Positions 1 through 13,710 of a stretch of DNA of 64,000 bases are shown one piece after another. The notes beneath the pieces are model-generated. The model saw nothing but the letters and a program-made list of their open reading frames with translations, had not been told where the DNA came from and made no database searches. Numbering within the stretch: the stretch's first letter is position 1; each line of letters begins with the position of its first letter. The stretch is from the NCBI GenBank assembly GCA_964016885.1, contig OZ024741.1:192324001-192388000 (forward strand), given 5' to 3'. This DNA is from Eledone cirrhosa. Taxonomy: Eukaryota. The translations under genes were made by a program, and so were the position numbers.

Positions 1-255
1 ACGCTTAAATGTAAAATCCCCGCCATACGTCCTGTAATGTCCAATTTCTTGTGCGCCCTATCTATCTATCTATCGACGGGGTATTAAACAACCCATTTGT
101 GGAGCCTCCCCCCTATTGGGGATTTCGATTGTTGAAATTGTTTGTTTTTATATTTTTTACACGACTGTATGTAAAATCCCCGGCATGTCTTTGTATTGTC
201 CCCTTTCTTGTTGCGCCCTTGTGGCTAATAAAGAAATCTATCTATCTATCTATCA
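1..255 (+). mobile_element. Two tandem 3' ends of a Tx1-like LINE with (TCTA)n tails
   Basis: cctccccctattgggggattt and cccttgtggctaataaagaaa resemble the Tx1 3' UTRs at 3770-3930, 17460-17600(-) and 60770-60910. The unit tgtaaaatcccc...gcgccc occurs twice. Confidence 0.55.
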
Positions 256-519
256 ACACACACATGCATAACACATTTATATTTTTAAAACTAAGAGAGA
301 CATTTTAATACAGAGGAAACAGACTTCATCAAGCCGCAATCATCATAATCATTATCATCATTATTATCATTATCATCATCCTTTTTGGATCAAAAATCTT
401 TCCTAGGATGGCCTGGAAGATTGTTACCATAAAAATAACTACTTATTTGTAGTTATTTCCCTCCTTAAACACATCGTAGTTCCATGTCTCGTTTGTATTT
501 TCTACTTTTGTACATATAA

Positions 520-780
520 TACATATGTACAAATATATGTATATAGACAAACATGTATATTGATTATATGCATATATATACATGCATACATTCATATACA
601 TACATGCATGCACGCATACATACATACATACATACACATTCATACATACATTCATACATACATATGTACATACATACATACATGCATGTATACATACATA
701 CATGCATGTATGCATATATACATACATATATACATATGTACATACATACATGCATACACAATACATACATACATACATAC
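520..780. repeat. Degenerate (CATA)n microsatellite
   Basis: Directly visible; abuts the 5'-truncated LINE. Confidence 0.95.
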
Positions 781-785
781 ATTAT

Positions 786-2513
786 TATCAGAGCCATAGA
801 GAGGCTGTCTTCTTCTTGGGCTACTATCCTAAAGTTAAAGACAGAGAAGGAGGACTCTATTTTCACTGATAAAATGAAATATCGCAGGGATATATTTCAG
901 GGAGACAGTCTCTCTGTGATATTATTTATCCTGTCATTAAACCCCTTGTCCTTTCTGCTCAAGAAATGGGAAGGATGCATCATTGGCTCAAAGGAGGACA
1001 GAAATACGAACCTAACCCATAATTTCTTTCTGGATGATCTGAAACTCTATGCCAAGAACATAAATGGGAAGAAGAAAAATCTTGACCTGGTTACAACATT
1101 CTCAAAGGATATAGGAATGGAGTTTGGCCAAAATATATGACTGTAAAGTGGGGAAAAACAACAACCCGATCTAGCAACATTTTCATCAATGGCCTAATTG
1201 TTTCACCGATATCTGATGAGGACTGCTACAGATACCTGGGGATAGATGAGAGCATATCCTATAATGGTATCTGTAAAGAACGCGTAACCAGGAAATACTA
1301 CACCCGATTAAGAAAGATATGGTCATCGGAACTCTCAGCGCACAACAAAACAGTGGCTCACAATGTGTTTGCTGTGCCTGTCCTAACACCAACGTTTGGA
1401 ATACTCAATTGGACGATAGACAAAATCCGAGTAATTGATGGTAGAACTCGAAAAATACTGAACAACACCAGAAACTTCCACATCAACAGTGACATAGACC
1501 GCCTCTACTTGAATCGTAAGCAGGGAGGCAGAGGCCTAACATCAGTCCAGACAGCATTTGAATGTCGCATCATATCCCAATATCTATGAACCTCGAAGCG
1601 TAGGAGCCCGTCTCTCGAGCAAGTCTATCTGCATGAAACAGATAAGATCATGAGAGTTGGGAAGGAACTCCTCGAAAGATATTCCGTGTGATAATCAAAA
1701 ACTCACACCCAGGGAAGTCGCTCAGCAGTATCGCAGTGAATCCATGGATGAAAAACTGCATTCTTATCATCAAAAAAATCATGCATGGATATGTTGCCAG
1801 GAAGCTCCAGAGTGAGAGTAATATAGATAAATAAGGAAGTCTATCTTGGACCAATAACCGCTATATTGGCTCCCACTTTGAAGGATACGTTTTTGCAATC
1901 CAAGAACAGGAAATCAACACAAAATACCTGATTCACAAAAGAGATAGGGATGCAGGCAAAACACCTAGATGTGATAACAAGTGCAGACTCTGCAGAATTA
2001 ACATCGAAGATGTCACCCATGTCATAAGCAGCTGTCCAAAGATGTCATCGCAGTACTATCTACCTATGAGGCATGATGTAGTGGTCCAAACACTGTACAA
2101 TCCGTAGAAAAGATAGCCCCGATAAACACATTAAAAACTACAGCAATGTGGAAGACATACATATACATAATATGAAAGAGTTCTAGTGGAACGTTCCAGT
2201 AAAAACGCCAATAAACGCAGACATAACAGACCATATGGGGCAGGGAAAAGAAGGCATGCACAGTAGTGGAAGTTAGCTGCCCAGCAGATGCCAATATAAT
2301 ATCAAAGATTAGTGAAAAGGAGAATATTTATGAAGAACTAATGAGAAATCTGCAGATACTCCACCCTGACAATACCTTCATATTTATGCCTGTGATTATT
2401 GGGGCACTGGGATTTGTTAATAACTGCCTCAATACAAATCCTGAGAAGCTGGGCTTCACAGGAACAGAAAGAACACAACTAGTTAGGAAATTACAAGTAC
2501 AATCCATTAATGG
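786..2513 (+). mobile_element. R4/Dong-like non-LTR retrotransposon, family A, 5'-truncated and degenerate
   Basis: RT motifs IFQGDSLS, FLDDLKLY, YRYLG and DIDRLYL; CCHC knuckle region (CRLC...THVISSC); RLE region EVSCP...PVIIGALG; contains stops and frameshifts. Confidence 0.9.
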
Positions 2514-3950
2514 GATTGTCGTCGGGCGCTGGACGGACGGAACGGTTAAATTGCTAGGGGTCTGGTACGGTCCGGACCTCCAGACGGACAAAAACTGGGA
2601 CGAGGTGATGAGCAGGGTGGCTTCTCTCACCCAGAAATGGGCAGAGAGAAAACTATCCCTGAAATCTCAAGCGGAGATGGCGAATGCGTACATCGCGTCT
2701 GTCATCTACTACCGCCTGACCGTCGTACCTTGACCTAAGCCCCGCCTGACTGCGCTGGAACGTTTGCTCTTTCGCTTTTTGTGGAAGGGACGCGCTCCGA
2801 TGGTCAGGCGGTCCATCTGCTGTCAACACCCACTACGTGGAGGGATGGGCATGCCGTGACTGATGATGCGCAGACACGCGCTCAGGCTACGACATCTTCA
2901 CCTCTTCGACGGGGATCAGGTGTGGTCACCGTTTGTTAGATGCGTGTTTCCCCAGCTCGTCTCCTTGACAGAGCTGCAGTCCTGGGTCAAGCGAAGACAG
3001 AGAGAGAGCGCTTGGAGACTGGAATGTCTTCAGGCGCTCATAGCCCTCGACCAGTCGGGCAATGCGATCGGTGGAAAGTCCACCTCGGCGTTCTATAGAG
3101 GATTAGTGGAGGGGAAGAGCGACGACGTACTTGGGGAGACTCTGGGCGTCGACGAAAATCAACTAGCCAATCTCTTCGGGAGAACTTTCGGGCCGGTGCC
3201 TATGGACAACTTCTAGAAATCCCTGGCCTGGCAATGCTATCGAGGAACTTTGCCAGTTCAAGATAAACTCTACAGGCATGGAAGTGCCGCCATCAGGTAT
3301 GTCCGAGATGCGCGCAGGGCGACGAAACCGTCCTGCGCGCACTCGTCCAGTGTCCGAGCATTGATGGCTTGTGGGTTTATGTAGAACACCTGCTGTCGCG
3401 TGTAGAACGGATCCGGCTATCAGCTGAGTACATCGTGAGGATTGCCCCGCCGTCTTCCTTTAGCCGGGAGGGGCAGGCAGTTTTAATCTGTCTGGTGGCC
3501 ATGGCGAAAGAGATCCCATGGTGGACGCGTTTGAAAGGGCTGAAGACAAGCACTTACCTCTTCGGTGATGCCCTGATTAACTTTTTCAAATTTCATTTGA
3601 AAAGGAAAATCAGGGTAGAGAGGGAAGCGCTCTCTTCCCAGCATTTTATTGAAAGATGAGTGAGAGAGGCAAGAATGGCCCTAGTGAGTATGCGCCTGTA
3701 AATTGAAGGTGGAAAACTGGGAGAGGGCACTTGCCCTGGTGGTTAGGGTCACCGTGACTTTTTTAATGGGCTTTCTCCCCAAATATCTCTCGGAAGTCTC
3801 ATTGTTTCTTTTTTTGTTACATCCTCTGTTTTTTTGTTTTTTTTATACACAGAAATGCCCATTTGTACCGTCCTCTATTGTCCTTAATGTTTTACTTTGT
3901 ATCAAACCTTGTGGTTAATAAAGAAAGAAACATTATTATTATTATTATTA
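2514..3950 (+). mobile_element. Tx1/L1-like LINE, 5'-truncated (ORF2 C-terminus, 3' UTR, ATT tail)
   Basis: KLLGVW, W.ERKLSLK, FLWKG, GGMGMP and a CPRC...ET..HALVQC-type knuckle; ends cttgtggttaataaagaaagaaac(att)n. Confidence 0.85.
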
Positions 3951-4178
3951 GGGTGGCGGATTGGCAGTATCGGTTGAGGGTTGGATGCCATGCTTTGCAG
4001 CAAAGAGTTACGGCCCTTTATGGCCTGAGTTCAAATCCCGCCGAGGTTAACTTTGCCTTTCATCCTTATGGGGTCGATAAAATAAAGTACCAGTCACGCA
4101 CTGGGGTCGATTTAATCGACTTTCCCCTCCCTCCAAATTACTGGCCTTGTGCCTATATAAGAAACCATTATTATTATT
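3951..4178 (+). mobile_element. tRNA-derived SINE (main family)
   Basis: A-box-like head, B box gagttcaaatcc, core gcctttcatcctt..ggggtcgataaaataaagtaccag (Meta-domain-like, from memory) and ATT tail; more than 12 copies in the window. Confidence 0.88.
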
Positions 4179-6915
4179 GTTCTTGAGTCTCAGTCATTGA
4201 TGTTATTTAACTGGAGGGTTTGTTGAAATGAATATCAAGCCACTACCTGCAGCCTCAGATATTCATGACGTATCGGAGGGTTCTTGCTGTTCCCAGCAAG
4301 CATGCCTTTTGAAGTGTTCCAAAAAGCGGGGCTGGACTAATCTTCTTTAACCATCCTTGGAAACTCTTTGAGATAGTTCCTAGTGCGCTTATGACAATCG
4401 GGACGACCTTGATTTCATGGCAGTTCCAAATCCTTTTTAACTCCCACTTTAAATCCTGGTATCGGTTAATTTTCTCCCTCTCCTTTTCTTGCACTCTTAT
4501 GTCAAATGGGCAGGCTACATCTACAATCAGGCACAATCTTTTTTCCTTGTCCCAAACCACCAGATGAGGCCTAATGTGTTCTAATTTCTTGTCTGTATCC
4601 TAAAATCCCATAGCACCTTCACTTGATCGTTTTCTATCACCGACTCTGGCTTCTCAGAATGTGGTAAATTGTTTAGTTTGCATAGATGCCAGTGGATCAC
4701 CCTACCTATCACATCATGTCTGGGTTAAGTGTTTAGACTTGGATACAATTTGAGCCACAGTCTCCTCTCTCTCTCCACAGATCCTACACAGTGAGCTAGC
4801 CTCCTCCTTGTCAATATGGTGTTTCACCCACTTCGTTTTGAGGGCCTGCTCTTGCGCAGCCATTAGCATTCCTTCTGTAGCTTTTTTAAGGTCTACTCTT
4901 TTTAACCAGTTCCATGTCTGTGGATCTCTAAATTTCCGTTTTCTTAAAGAAGGTGCTATGAAGAGATATTTCATGAAGGTTGCTCTTCCTCCTTGTTGTT
5001 ATTTCCTCCTTGGACATCCCCTGGTCTATTGTCTTCTCCTTCAGTACAATTTTGAGCATTGGCTCCCTACTCTCCTCTATTCTGAGAAGACCTCTTCCAC
5101 CTCCAGATCTCCTTAAGTAGAGTCTATCAACATCACTCCTCTTGTGGAACATGTTGTAGATAGTCATTAGCTTCCTAGTTTTCCTACCCATTTCTTTTTG
5201 TTCAGCAACATTCTATTTCAGAATTCCCGCACTGTACCTAATAATTGTTTCTACTTTAGGCACAAGGCCAGCAAATACCCAGTGCATTACTGGTACTTTA
5301 TTTTATCGACCCCGTAAGGATAAAAGGCAAAGTCAACCTCGGCGGGATTTGAACTCAGATCATAAAGGGACGTAACTATGCTGGAAAGCATGGCGTCCGA
5401 CCCTCTACCAATACTACCAATCCACCGCCCTGCACTGTACCTAATAATAGCCACAGCTCGGGAATTTACTGCACTTATGACATTCCTACTATTCAGATGT
5501 GATTTTAATATGTTCCTTACTCTCCTAATGTACTCAGATCTTATCAATTCCTTCATTTTTTTTTGTTCTTGATGTCATCTGCCTCCAGAACACCTAAATA
5601 TTTGTATCCCTCTTCAGTGTCAATTTCCTTTATCATCTTACCTGTTGGTACCTGGATTCTGTTGCTTCTGTTCAATTTACCCCCCTTTATCACTAGGACT
5701 CCACACTTATTAACACCAAATTCCATACATATATCATTGCTGAAAATACGGACAGTGTCAACAAGTACATCCAACTCCTTCTCACTCTTCCCAAAGAGTT
5801 TAAGATCGTCCATGAAGAGAAGGTGGTTGGTGATAAGCTCTCCTCTTCCCAACTTGTATCCTGCTCTCACTTTTTGCAATATGATGGACAGGGGTATGAG
5901 GGCAAGGACAAACAACAAAGGGGACAAACTATCTCCCTGGGAGATACCTCTCTTGATCTTCACACCTCCCAAGGATTCTCCACCTGATGTTAACTCTGTT
6001 TCCCAGGACTTAATACTTTTGCTTACTAGCTGTCTGATGTTATCTGCCACCTTGAAGATCTCTAGGCTTTTGGTTATCCAAGAATGAGGTACCATGTCGA
6101 ATGACTTTTTGTAATCTATCCATCCCATGGCAAGACCAGTGTGCCTCTTCTTGCAATTCCTCATTACCATCTTATCAATAAATAACTGGTCTTTTGTACC
6201 ACGGGACTTCTTTCTGCATCCTTTCTGTTCGTCCGGTAACAAGTTGTTTGTGTGGAGGTGATGGTAGATTTCCTCAGACACAATGCTTGTTAATATGTTT
6301 TCACATTACAGAAAGACATGTGATAGGCCTATAGTTGGTAACATCATTACCCTTGATTCGGTCTTTCATTACCAGAACTGTGGTACCTTTTGTCAACCAC
6401 TCTCGTACCTCACCTGACATCAAGCAGTCATTGAACATGGTTGTCAGTTTCGGGTGGAGGGATGTTATATTTTTAATCCAATACCCTTGCATACCATCTG
6501 GGCCTGGTGATTTCCAGTTGGTTAGTTTTTTGGCCTGCCCTTTAAGAGTTTCAACTGTGATACTCAAATCAAGTTGTTGGTGTGCTTGTTCACTAATCTC
6601 CTTTTTAACTGTCTCAATCCACACTGCCTGACTATTATGTTCAACATTCTGCTCCCATATTCCTCTCCAGAATGGCTTAGTCTGTTCCGCCTCATGGATC
6701 AAGTCGTTGCCTCTTTTTTTCCCTTCAAGCTGTTCAAACAGCATCTTCTGGTTGTTGTCAAACATGCGGTTCTGTCTGTACTGACTAACTCTGTTCTCAT
6801 ACCGCCTAATCTTTGCACTTTTTGCTACAATGCGTTGCTTCAGTTCCTGTATGATAACATTTAGCTCTTTCCCCCTAGTCTTGTATTTTATTTTCAATCT
6901 ATCTTTAGTGTCTAT
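4179..6915 (-). mobile_element. R4/Dong-like LINE, family B (RT + CCHC + RLE), degenerate
   Basis: [59 protein letters not shown] and PIVISALG across broken ORFs; (TAA)n tail. Confidence 0.92.
5246..5431 (-). mobile_element. SINE inserted into LINE family B with a 17-bp target-site duplication
   Basis: gcactgtacctaataat at 5229-5245 and 5432-5448 flanks a full SINE. Confidence 0.9.
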
Positions 6916-6939
6916 GTTTTTATTATGATTATTATTGTT

Positions 6940-7392
6940 ATTTGAGTCTCAGTTATTGATGTTATTTAACTGGAAAGTTTGTTGAAATGAATATCAAGCC
7001 GCTACCTGCAGCCTCAGATATTCAGGACGTATCGGAGGGTTCTTGCTGTTCCCAGCAAGCATGCCTTTTGAAATGTTCCAAAAAGCGGGGCTGGACTAAT
7101 CTTCTTTAACCATCCTTGGAAACTCTTTGAGATAGTACCTAGTGCACCTATGACAATCGAGACAACCTTGATTTCATGATAGTTCCAAATCCTTTTTACC
7201 TCCCACTTTAAGTCCTGGTATCGGTTAATTTTCTCCCTCTCCTTTTCTTGCACTCTTGTGTCAAATGGGCAGGCTACATCTACAATCAGGCACAATCTTT
7301 TTTCCTTGTTCAAAACCACCAGGTCAGGCTTATTGTGTTCTAATTTCTTGTCCGTCTGTATCCTAAAATCCCGTAGCACCTTCACCTGATCG
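6940..7392 (-). mobile_element. 3' fragment of LINE family B (RLE domain + 3' UTR)
   Basis: Near-identical to 4180-4630; HNKPDLVV...IVDVACP. Confidence 0.9.
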
Positions 7393-7410
7393 TTATTATT
7401 ATTATTATTA

Positions 7411-7620
7411 TGGCGGTGAATTGGCAGTATCAGTAGAGGGTCGGACGCCATACTTTGACGCATAGAGTTACGGCCCTTGCCATTCTGAGTTCAAATCCCG
7501 CTGAGGTTAACTTTGCCTTTCATCCTTACAGAGTCGATAAAATAAAGTACCAGTAATACACTGGGTAATTGCTGTCTTTGTGCCAAAAGTAGAAACAATT
7601 ATTATTATTATTATTATTAT
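7411..7620 (+). mobile_element. tRNA-derived SINE
   Basis: Same B box, core and tail as the copy at 3951. Confidence 0.88.
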
Positions 7621-7671
7621 TTTTTTTTTTTGTGCAATGGCCATACTCGATAACGAGGGAGCAACCATCAT

Positions 7672-7732
<61 letters not shown>

Positions 7733-7930
7733 AAAACAATTGACAATTAAACAAGACAATTTTTAATATCTTTATTTTACAGATCTATTGGATTTTTTTA
7801 TATATTTTTTTTTATTTTTGAACATATTCGTTGGTGACAAAAATACTTTCCTGTTTACAAGGTCTCTCTGGACATACACACAAAAGTTCAAACTTGGATT
7901 AAGCAATCAAACATTATTACCTTTATTATT

Positions 7931-8366
7931 ATTTGTTACATCCTCTGTTTTTGTTTTTTACACACAGAAATGCCCATTTGTACCATCCTGTATTGTCCTG
8001 TACTGTCCTTAATGTCTACTTTATGTAAACCCTTGTGGTTAATAAAGAAAACATTATTATCATTATTATTATTTTTCATTGTTATTTTTTTGTTACATCC
8101 TCTGTTTTTGTTTTTTACACACAGAAATGCCCATTTGTACCTGTCCTGTATTGTCCTGTACTGTCCTTAATGTCTACTTTATGTAAACCCTTGTGGTTAA
8201 TAAAGAAAACATTATTATTATTATTATTATTTTTCATTGTTATTTTTTTGTTACATCCTCTGTTTTTGTTTTTTACACACAGAAATGCCCATTTGTACCG
8301 TCCTGTATTGTCCTGTACTGTCCTTAATGTCTACTTTATGTAAACCCTCGTGGTTAATAAAGAAAG

Positions 8367-8408
<42 letters not shown>

Positions 8409-8418
8409 CATTATTATA
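7931..8418 (+). repeat. Three head-to-tail copies of the Tx1 3' UTR end, each with an ATT tail
   Basis: The unit ttgttacatcctctg...cacagaaatgcccatttgtacc...tggttaataaagaaa(att)n occurs three times and matches 3813-3950. Confidence 0.88.
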
Positions 8419-10164
8419 ATTGTAGTTGTTGTCTGTGTTGTTTATTTTTTGATATTGTATTCATGTTTTTGGTGCTACATGAAAAGCTTTCTTTCATCTA
8501 TCACAATGTATTAGGTATATGTTGGAAGACATACATACAAATATACAAGGATAACAAATACAATGTGAGAATGTGAATGTTCTATTAATATTTACAAATC
8601 CTAATATTGCTATGGTTATTGAATGTACATATGACTATCTTTATAGGCAATCAGTCAATCATTACACAAGTGGTTGTATATCCAGTTGTACCAATTACAG
8701 ATGGGATGATAGTAACACTGCCATAATATTTTCAATTAAATAGTTAATATTTACAGGACATAGTATTATTGTTTTTTGGATCATGCATATGGCTATCTTT
8801 AAAGGTAATCTGTAAATATTTTTACAGAAGTGGTCGTATATAACTACTGAGATGATTGAAACATTCTGCAAGTGTCACAATATCTTTAATTCAACAGCTG
8901 GGCCAGTGTATTTTTTTAGTATTTCAGTTCACTTCTTCACAACAATATCGTCATTTGATATTGCTGTGTCTATTAATAATAAAATATCAGTTTTATAACA
9001 GCATATGAATATCAAGCCTGTTGTGTGGTTTGTGTTTATGCTAAAGTTTCATAAGTTCTTTTCTTTTACTTCTTTAATGATAGGCGAAGGCTTGTAGGCG
9101 TACTTTAGAAGCTAGTCTTTAAGACACTAAAATTGAGGAGCTTGGCACACACACACGCACACACGCACACACGCACACACACATTTATGTATATAAATAT
9201 CAGTTTTGCTCTATTATTTTATTTTCTGAGTATATATTATGGGAGTAAGTGTACTGATAATTGAAGACCAATTTGTTATTTATATCATACAAAATTCTAA
9301 ATGATCATCTTATAAAAATGTGTTTTGCATTAAAGTATTCCTCTTGTGTTCTTTAACAGCAAATATTGAAACACCCACACCGACCTTTGTTTGTTTTATA
9401 AAATCCAAACAAGATAGAATTCGTTTTATTTATTGCTATGTTGGCCATTTAGCCTATGAGAGTATTGTTCATATAAGGCCATATATTTTACGATTAGTCA
9501 TCATTATCATTAGATATACCAATTTGACTGTCTAAATATTTAGTGTTACTTTAGTTTTAGATATTACAGGTACTGAAAATAGAATTAAATTTCTGGTGAG
9601 AATTATGTTGCTGCAATCATAATTAATTTTTGATGTGTTATTATCATCATATTCCCCAATTTAAAAAGGCCCATCAGGCCAGAGATTCTCCTGGCGTCAT
9701 ATTGGATCAAGTAACTGAAAGTACTAGATATCACTTTCAATAAGATGACAATGACCAGATTGAGGTATCAAACCCATGGTCTTATGATTGTGAGACCAAC
9801 AATCTAACTACCTGGCTATCTGGTGCTTAGTGATATATTTGCTATGAACTGAAAAAGTAGAATGTAATATCTTGCAAAGCTCAGTCATCACATTTCGCCA
9901 CTAAATATATATCTGACATGTTTGTGTTGCTATTACTACTGTTTAGATCAATATCAACCTTGATTGAGCAAGACCTATGATCAAAAGCTTTCCAGCCATG
10001 GCCACCCCATTCATTTTTTAAAACATGTGATTTAATGGACATTAGGCTACTGTTTTTAGCAGGTTGAATGACAACATGGAACTTCCTCTATTGTCTTTAT
10101 ATGAAGTGTTTTCGTAGGAAAACATTCGCTGGTCATGTTGTGTATATATATATGTATATATATA

Positions 10165-10328
10165 TATAGATGAGATTCTACAGGACTAGAACTGTTTCAT
10201 TCATTAGAAATCAGAATGAAACAGTTCTAGTCCTGTAGAATCTCATCTATATTAAAACTGTTATACTCTGCTATGTATTGAGTACCTTACTTACTGTGGT
10301 TACCTCCGATTCAACCCGGAATAACGTA
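10165..10328 (+). mobile_element. Fold-back element family P1, centre deleted (CTGATGA core lost)
   Basis: Arms and tail near-identical to 32021-32216; flanked by TA repeats. Confidence 0.85.
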
Positions 10329-10811
10329 CTATGTATATATATATATATATATGTGTGTGTGATGTATGTGTATATATATATGTGTGTGTGTATATATGTG
10401 ATAGGATTTTGTAATAAAAGGTTCATTGGTCCCTAATCTGGCCATGTTGTGTAATTATGGGCTTTTGTAGTAGTAGGTCCATTTGTTCTAAGTATGGTCA
10501 TGTTCTCTCTTTCATTCTGTTATTCTATAATTCTGTTACTATGTCAAATTTGACTGCTGATAAATTAAATATGTTAATGAGAATAATATTGATGACGTTG
10601 TTATCATGGCCACTATATTATTGTCAGCTCACCATTATCACTACCAACACCACCACCACCACCAGCACCACAATCGTCATCATCATCACTGCCATTGTTA
10701 TCCTCATCATCATTACCATCACTGTCATCATCATCACGTACTTTCACTGCTTTACCAAGTGCAGCTCTGTAATACCTTGGGTGTGTACAGTGTTATTGGT
10801 GTCTAGTAGTT

Positions 10812-10880
<69 letters not shown>

Positions 10881-10883
<3 letters not shown>

Positions 10884-11294
10884 GATATTAAACAAATGGA
10901 AACTATATTTATAAAACCATATTTATTTCATTATACATATTTCGGGGATACCATATTAAAAATATGGCATGCCTTCTTCAGATAAAATACAATATATAAA
11001 CAGTTTTATAAATAATTTTGACGTACCATAAATATTGATCAACTTTTATGTAAGAAGTTGGTTTGGTAGTCAAAATTATTTATAAAACTGTTTATATATT
11101 GTATTTTATCTGAAGAAGGCATACCATATTTTTAATATGGTATCCCCGAAATATGTATAATGAAATAAATATGGTTTTATAAATATAGTTTCCATTTGTT
11201 TAATATCGTATATCTACTCCAAAACTTGTTGAGTGCTTTATATCAGTTATAAAATATTTACTTGTTGTAACCCAACAATTTTAAATAAAACTTT

Positions 11295-11298
<4 letters not shown>
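10881..11298 (+). mobile_element. Fold-back element family P2 (142-bp arms, 46-bp spacer, unique tail)
   Basis: 10881-11022 is the reverse complement of 11069-11210; (TA)n on both sides; second copy at 31283-31696. Confidence 0.92.
11103..11166 (+). ncRNA. Type I hammerhead ribozyme motif (mirror copy on - strand at about 10925-10988)
   Basis: Stem I attttat/atgaaat, core CTGAAGA (11110-11116), stem II ataccatatt/aatatggtat, GAAA, minimal stem III; predicted cleavage after AUA at 11159. Confidence 0.75.
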
Positions 11299-11347
<49 letters not shown>

Positions 11348-11460
11348 CATCATCACCGTTTTATGTCCATTCTTCCACGCTAGCATGGGTTAGACGGGTT
11401 GTCCTGTTGTGGGCAGTGTCTGACCATGCCTTGCTCATACAGGAACTGATTTGGCTTGAT
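11348..11460 (-). mobile_element. RTE-type 3' tail fragment
   Basis: Reverse complement of 28485-28600; (GAT)n tail. Confidence 0.8.
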
Positions 11461-11476
11461 ATATAAATATATATAC

Positions 11477-11625
<149 letters not shown>

Positions 11626-11630
11626 TAAAA

Positions 11631-11899
11631 TATAAGATCAAAAGATGGTTAAAAGAGTTCCATGTATTTTATTATGCGCATTTCAAAAACAAATATCATC
11701 ATGCAATAACATTTGCGTTTTCGTCAGATAAAATAGGGAGACATGATATGAAGGTTAAAACACACTTGTGAATAGTGCAGTTTTAAATCAACATATCTTT
11801 TGATCTTATATATTATGTATACTCCAGTCCTACAAACTGTAGAGTGCTACTTATCCGATATCTGCATTGCTTCATTGTACTACAATAAAACTCACCTCC
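11631..11899 (+). mobile_element. Fold-back family P3 with one arm almost entirely deleted
   Basis: Matches 46157-46581 in the opposite orientation; the tail-side arm is reduced to about 20 bp. Confidence 0.85.
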
Positions 11900-11902
11900 T
11901 AC

Positions 11903-11965
<63 letters not shown>

Positions 11966-11987
11966 AAAAATATATATATATATATGT

Positions 11988-12027
<40 letters not shown>

Positions 12028-12119
12028 ATATATAATATATATATGTATATATATGTGTGTGTGATTATGTGTATATATGTGTGTGTGATTATGTGTATGC
12101 ATATGTGTGTGTGTGTGAA

Positions 12120-12450
12120 AGCATGTGCTTAGTGGTTAGGGTGCTGGGCTTACAATTGTAGAATTGTTAGTTTAATTCCCAGACCAGGCGGCACATTAAG
12201 TCCATGAGAGGATATATTATATCACGCTGCCCCAGTGCACTTAGATAGCAAAAATGAGGTGTACCTGCAATTCAAAGGAGGGTGTCAGTCTTGTCACCCA
12301 TGGTGTCATGCCGAATGTCCCTGAGAACTACATTAAGTGTGAACGAGTTTATTCTATAAAATGCTCAGCCACTTGCCCATTAATTTCACTGGCAGGCTGT
12401 TCCATTAAATGAATCAATTAGCGCACTTGTTAGAAACGACGGAGATCCGT
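12120..12450 (+). mobile_element. Second tRNA-headed SINE family, degenerate
   Basis: gcttagtggttagggtg...ttaattcccaga head; similar to 22920-23220. Confidence 0.65.
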
Positions 12451-12758
12451 GTGTGTGTTTTCATGCATATGTGTGCATCTGTCTAGCACTTAGTATTGTG
12501 ATTGTGTTGAAAATACTCTATGTAATATGTGCCTAGTAGTGCTATTTCTGTTTGTTGTTTATTATTTCTAAGTTCTGTGGTTTTGTTTATGTACTTTTCT
12601 GCATCTTTTTTTATCATTCCCATGACACAATTATTATAGTAACTGTTTTAGTTTTCACTCTCTACAATCTGGCTGTTTCTATTTCCAGATCTTTATATCT
12701 GGTGAGTATTTTTCATTTTCTTTTTTTACAAAGGTACATTGCTCTTGGACCTCTTGTT

Positions 12759-12817
<59 letters not shown>

Positions 12818-13054
12818 ATACTACTACTACTCTCATTATTATTATTATTATTATTGTTATTATTAATTATTATCATTATTATTGCTAATGAGAATTTTTA
12901 CATTATATATATATATGTTTATATGTATGTATATATACACACATACATACACATGCACATGCACACATACACATCTTTTATCTTATAGATATATATATAT
13001 GTATATCATACTAATAGGTTTGAAGAGTCACCAAGGGTGAAACTTATTAGTAAC

Positions 13055-13567
13055 TGAAATCCTCGGTGGGATTTGAACTCAGATCATAAAGGGACGTAAC
13101 TCTTTGCTGCAAAGCATGGTGTCCAACCCTCTACCGATATTGTCAATCCACAAAGGGACGTAACTCTATGTTGCAAAGCATGGCGACCGACCCTCAACCG
13201 ATACTGCCAATCGGTGTTTGTGTTCTATATACACTGGTCATAGACACACACTCACACTCATATATATATATATACACAACAATGCCACCAGCTCTCCCTC
13301 TCTTCCATTCTCCTTCTCTGTCTCCTCTCCCTCTCCCTGAGTCTTTCTTTCAGTCTACTCTTTCACATCAGAAATAATTGTTTCTACTTTTGGCACAAGG
13401 CCAGCAATTATCCCCAGTGCATTACTGGTACTTTATTTTATCGACCCCCGTAAGGATGAAAGGCAAAGTTAACCTCGGCGGGATTTGAACTCAGAATGGC
13501 AAGGGCCGTAACTCTATGCGTCAAAGCATGGCGTCCGATCGTCTACCGATACTGCAAATCCACCGCC
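13055..13567 (-). mobile_element. Main-family SINE pieces (duplicated head at 13055-13213, full copy at 13375-13567)
   Basis: ggatttgaactc B box and core on the minus strand. Confidence 0.85.
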
Positions 13568-13652
13568 TTGCCAATCCTAGTAGTAATAGTAATAGTAATA
13601 ACAATAATGACAACAACAACATAATAATAAGAATAAAAATAACAACAACAAC

Positions 13653-13710
<58 letters not shown>

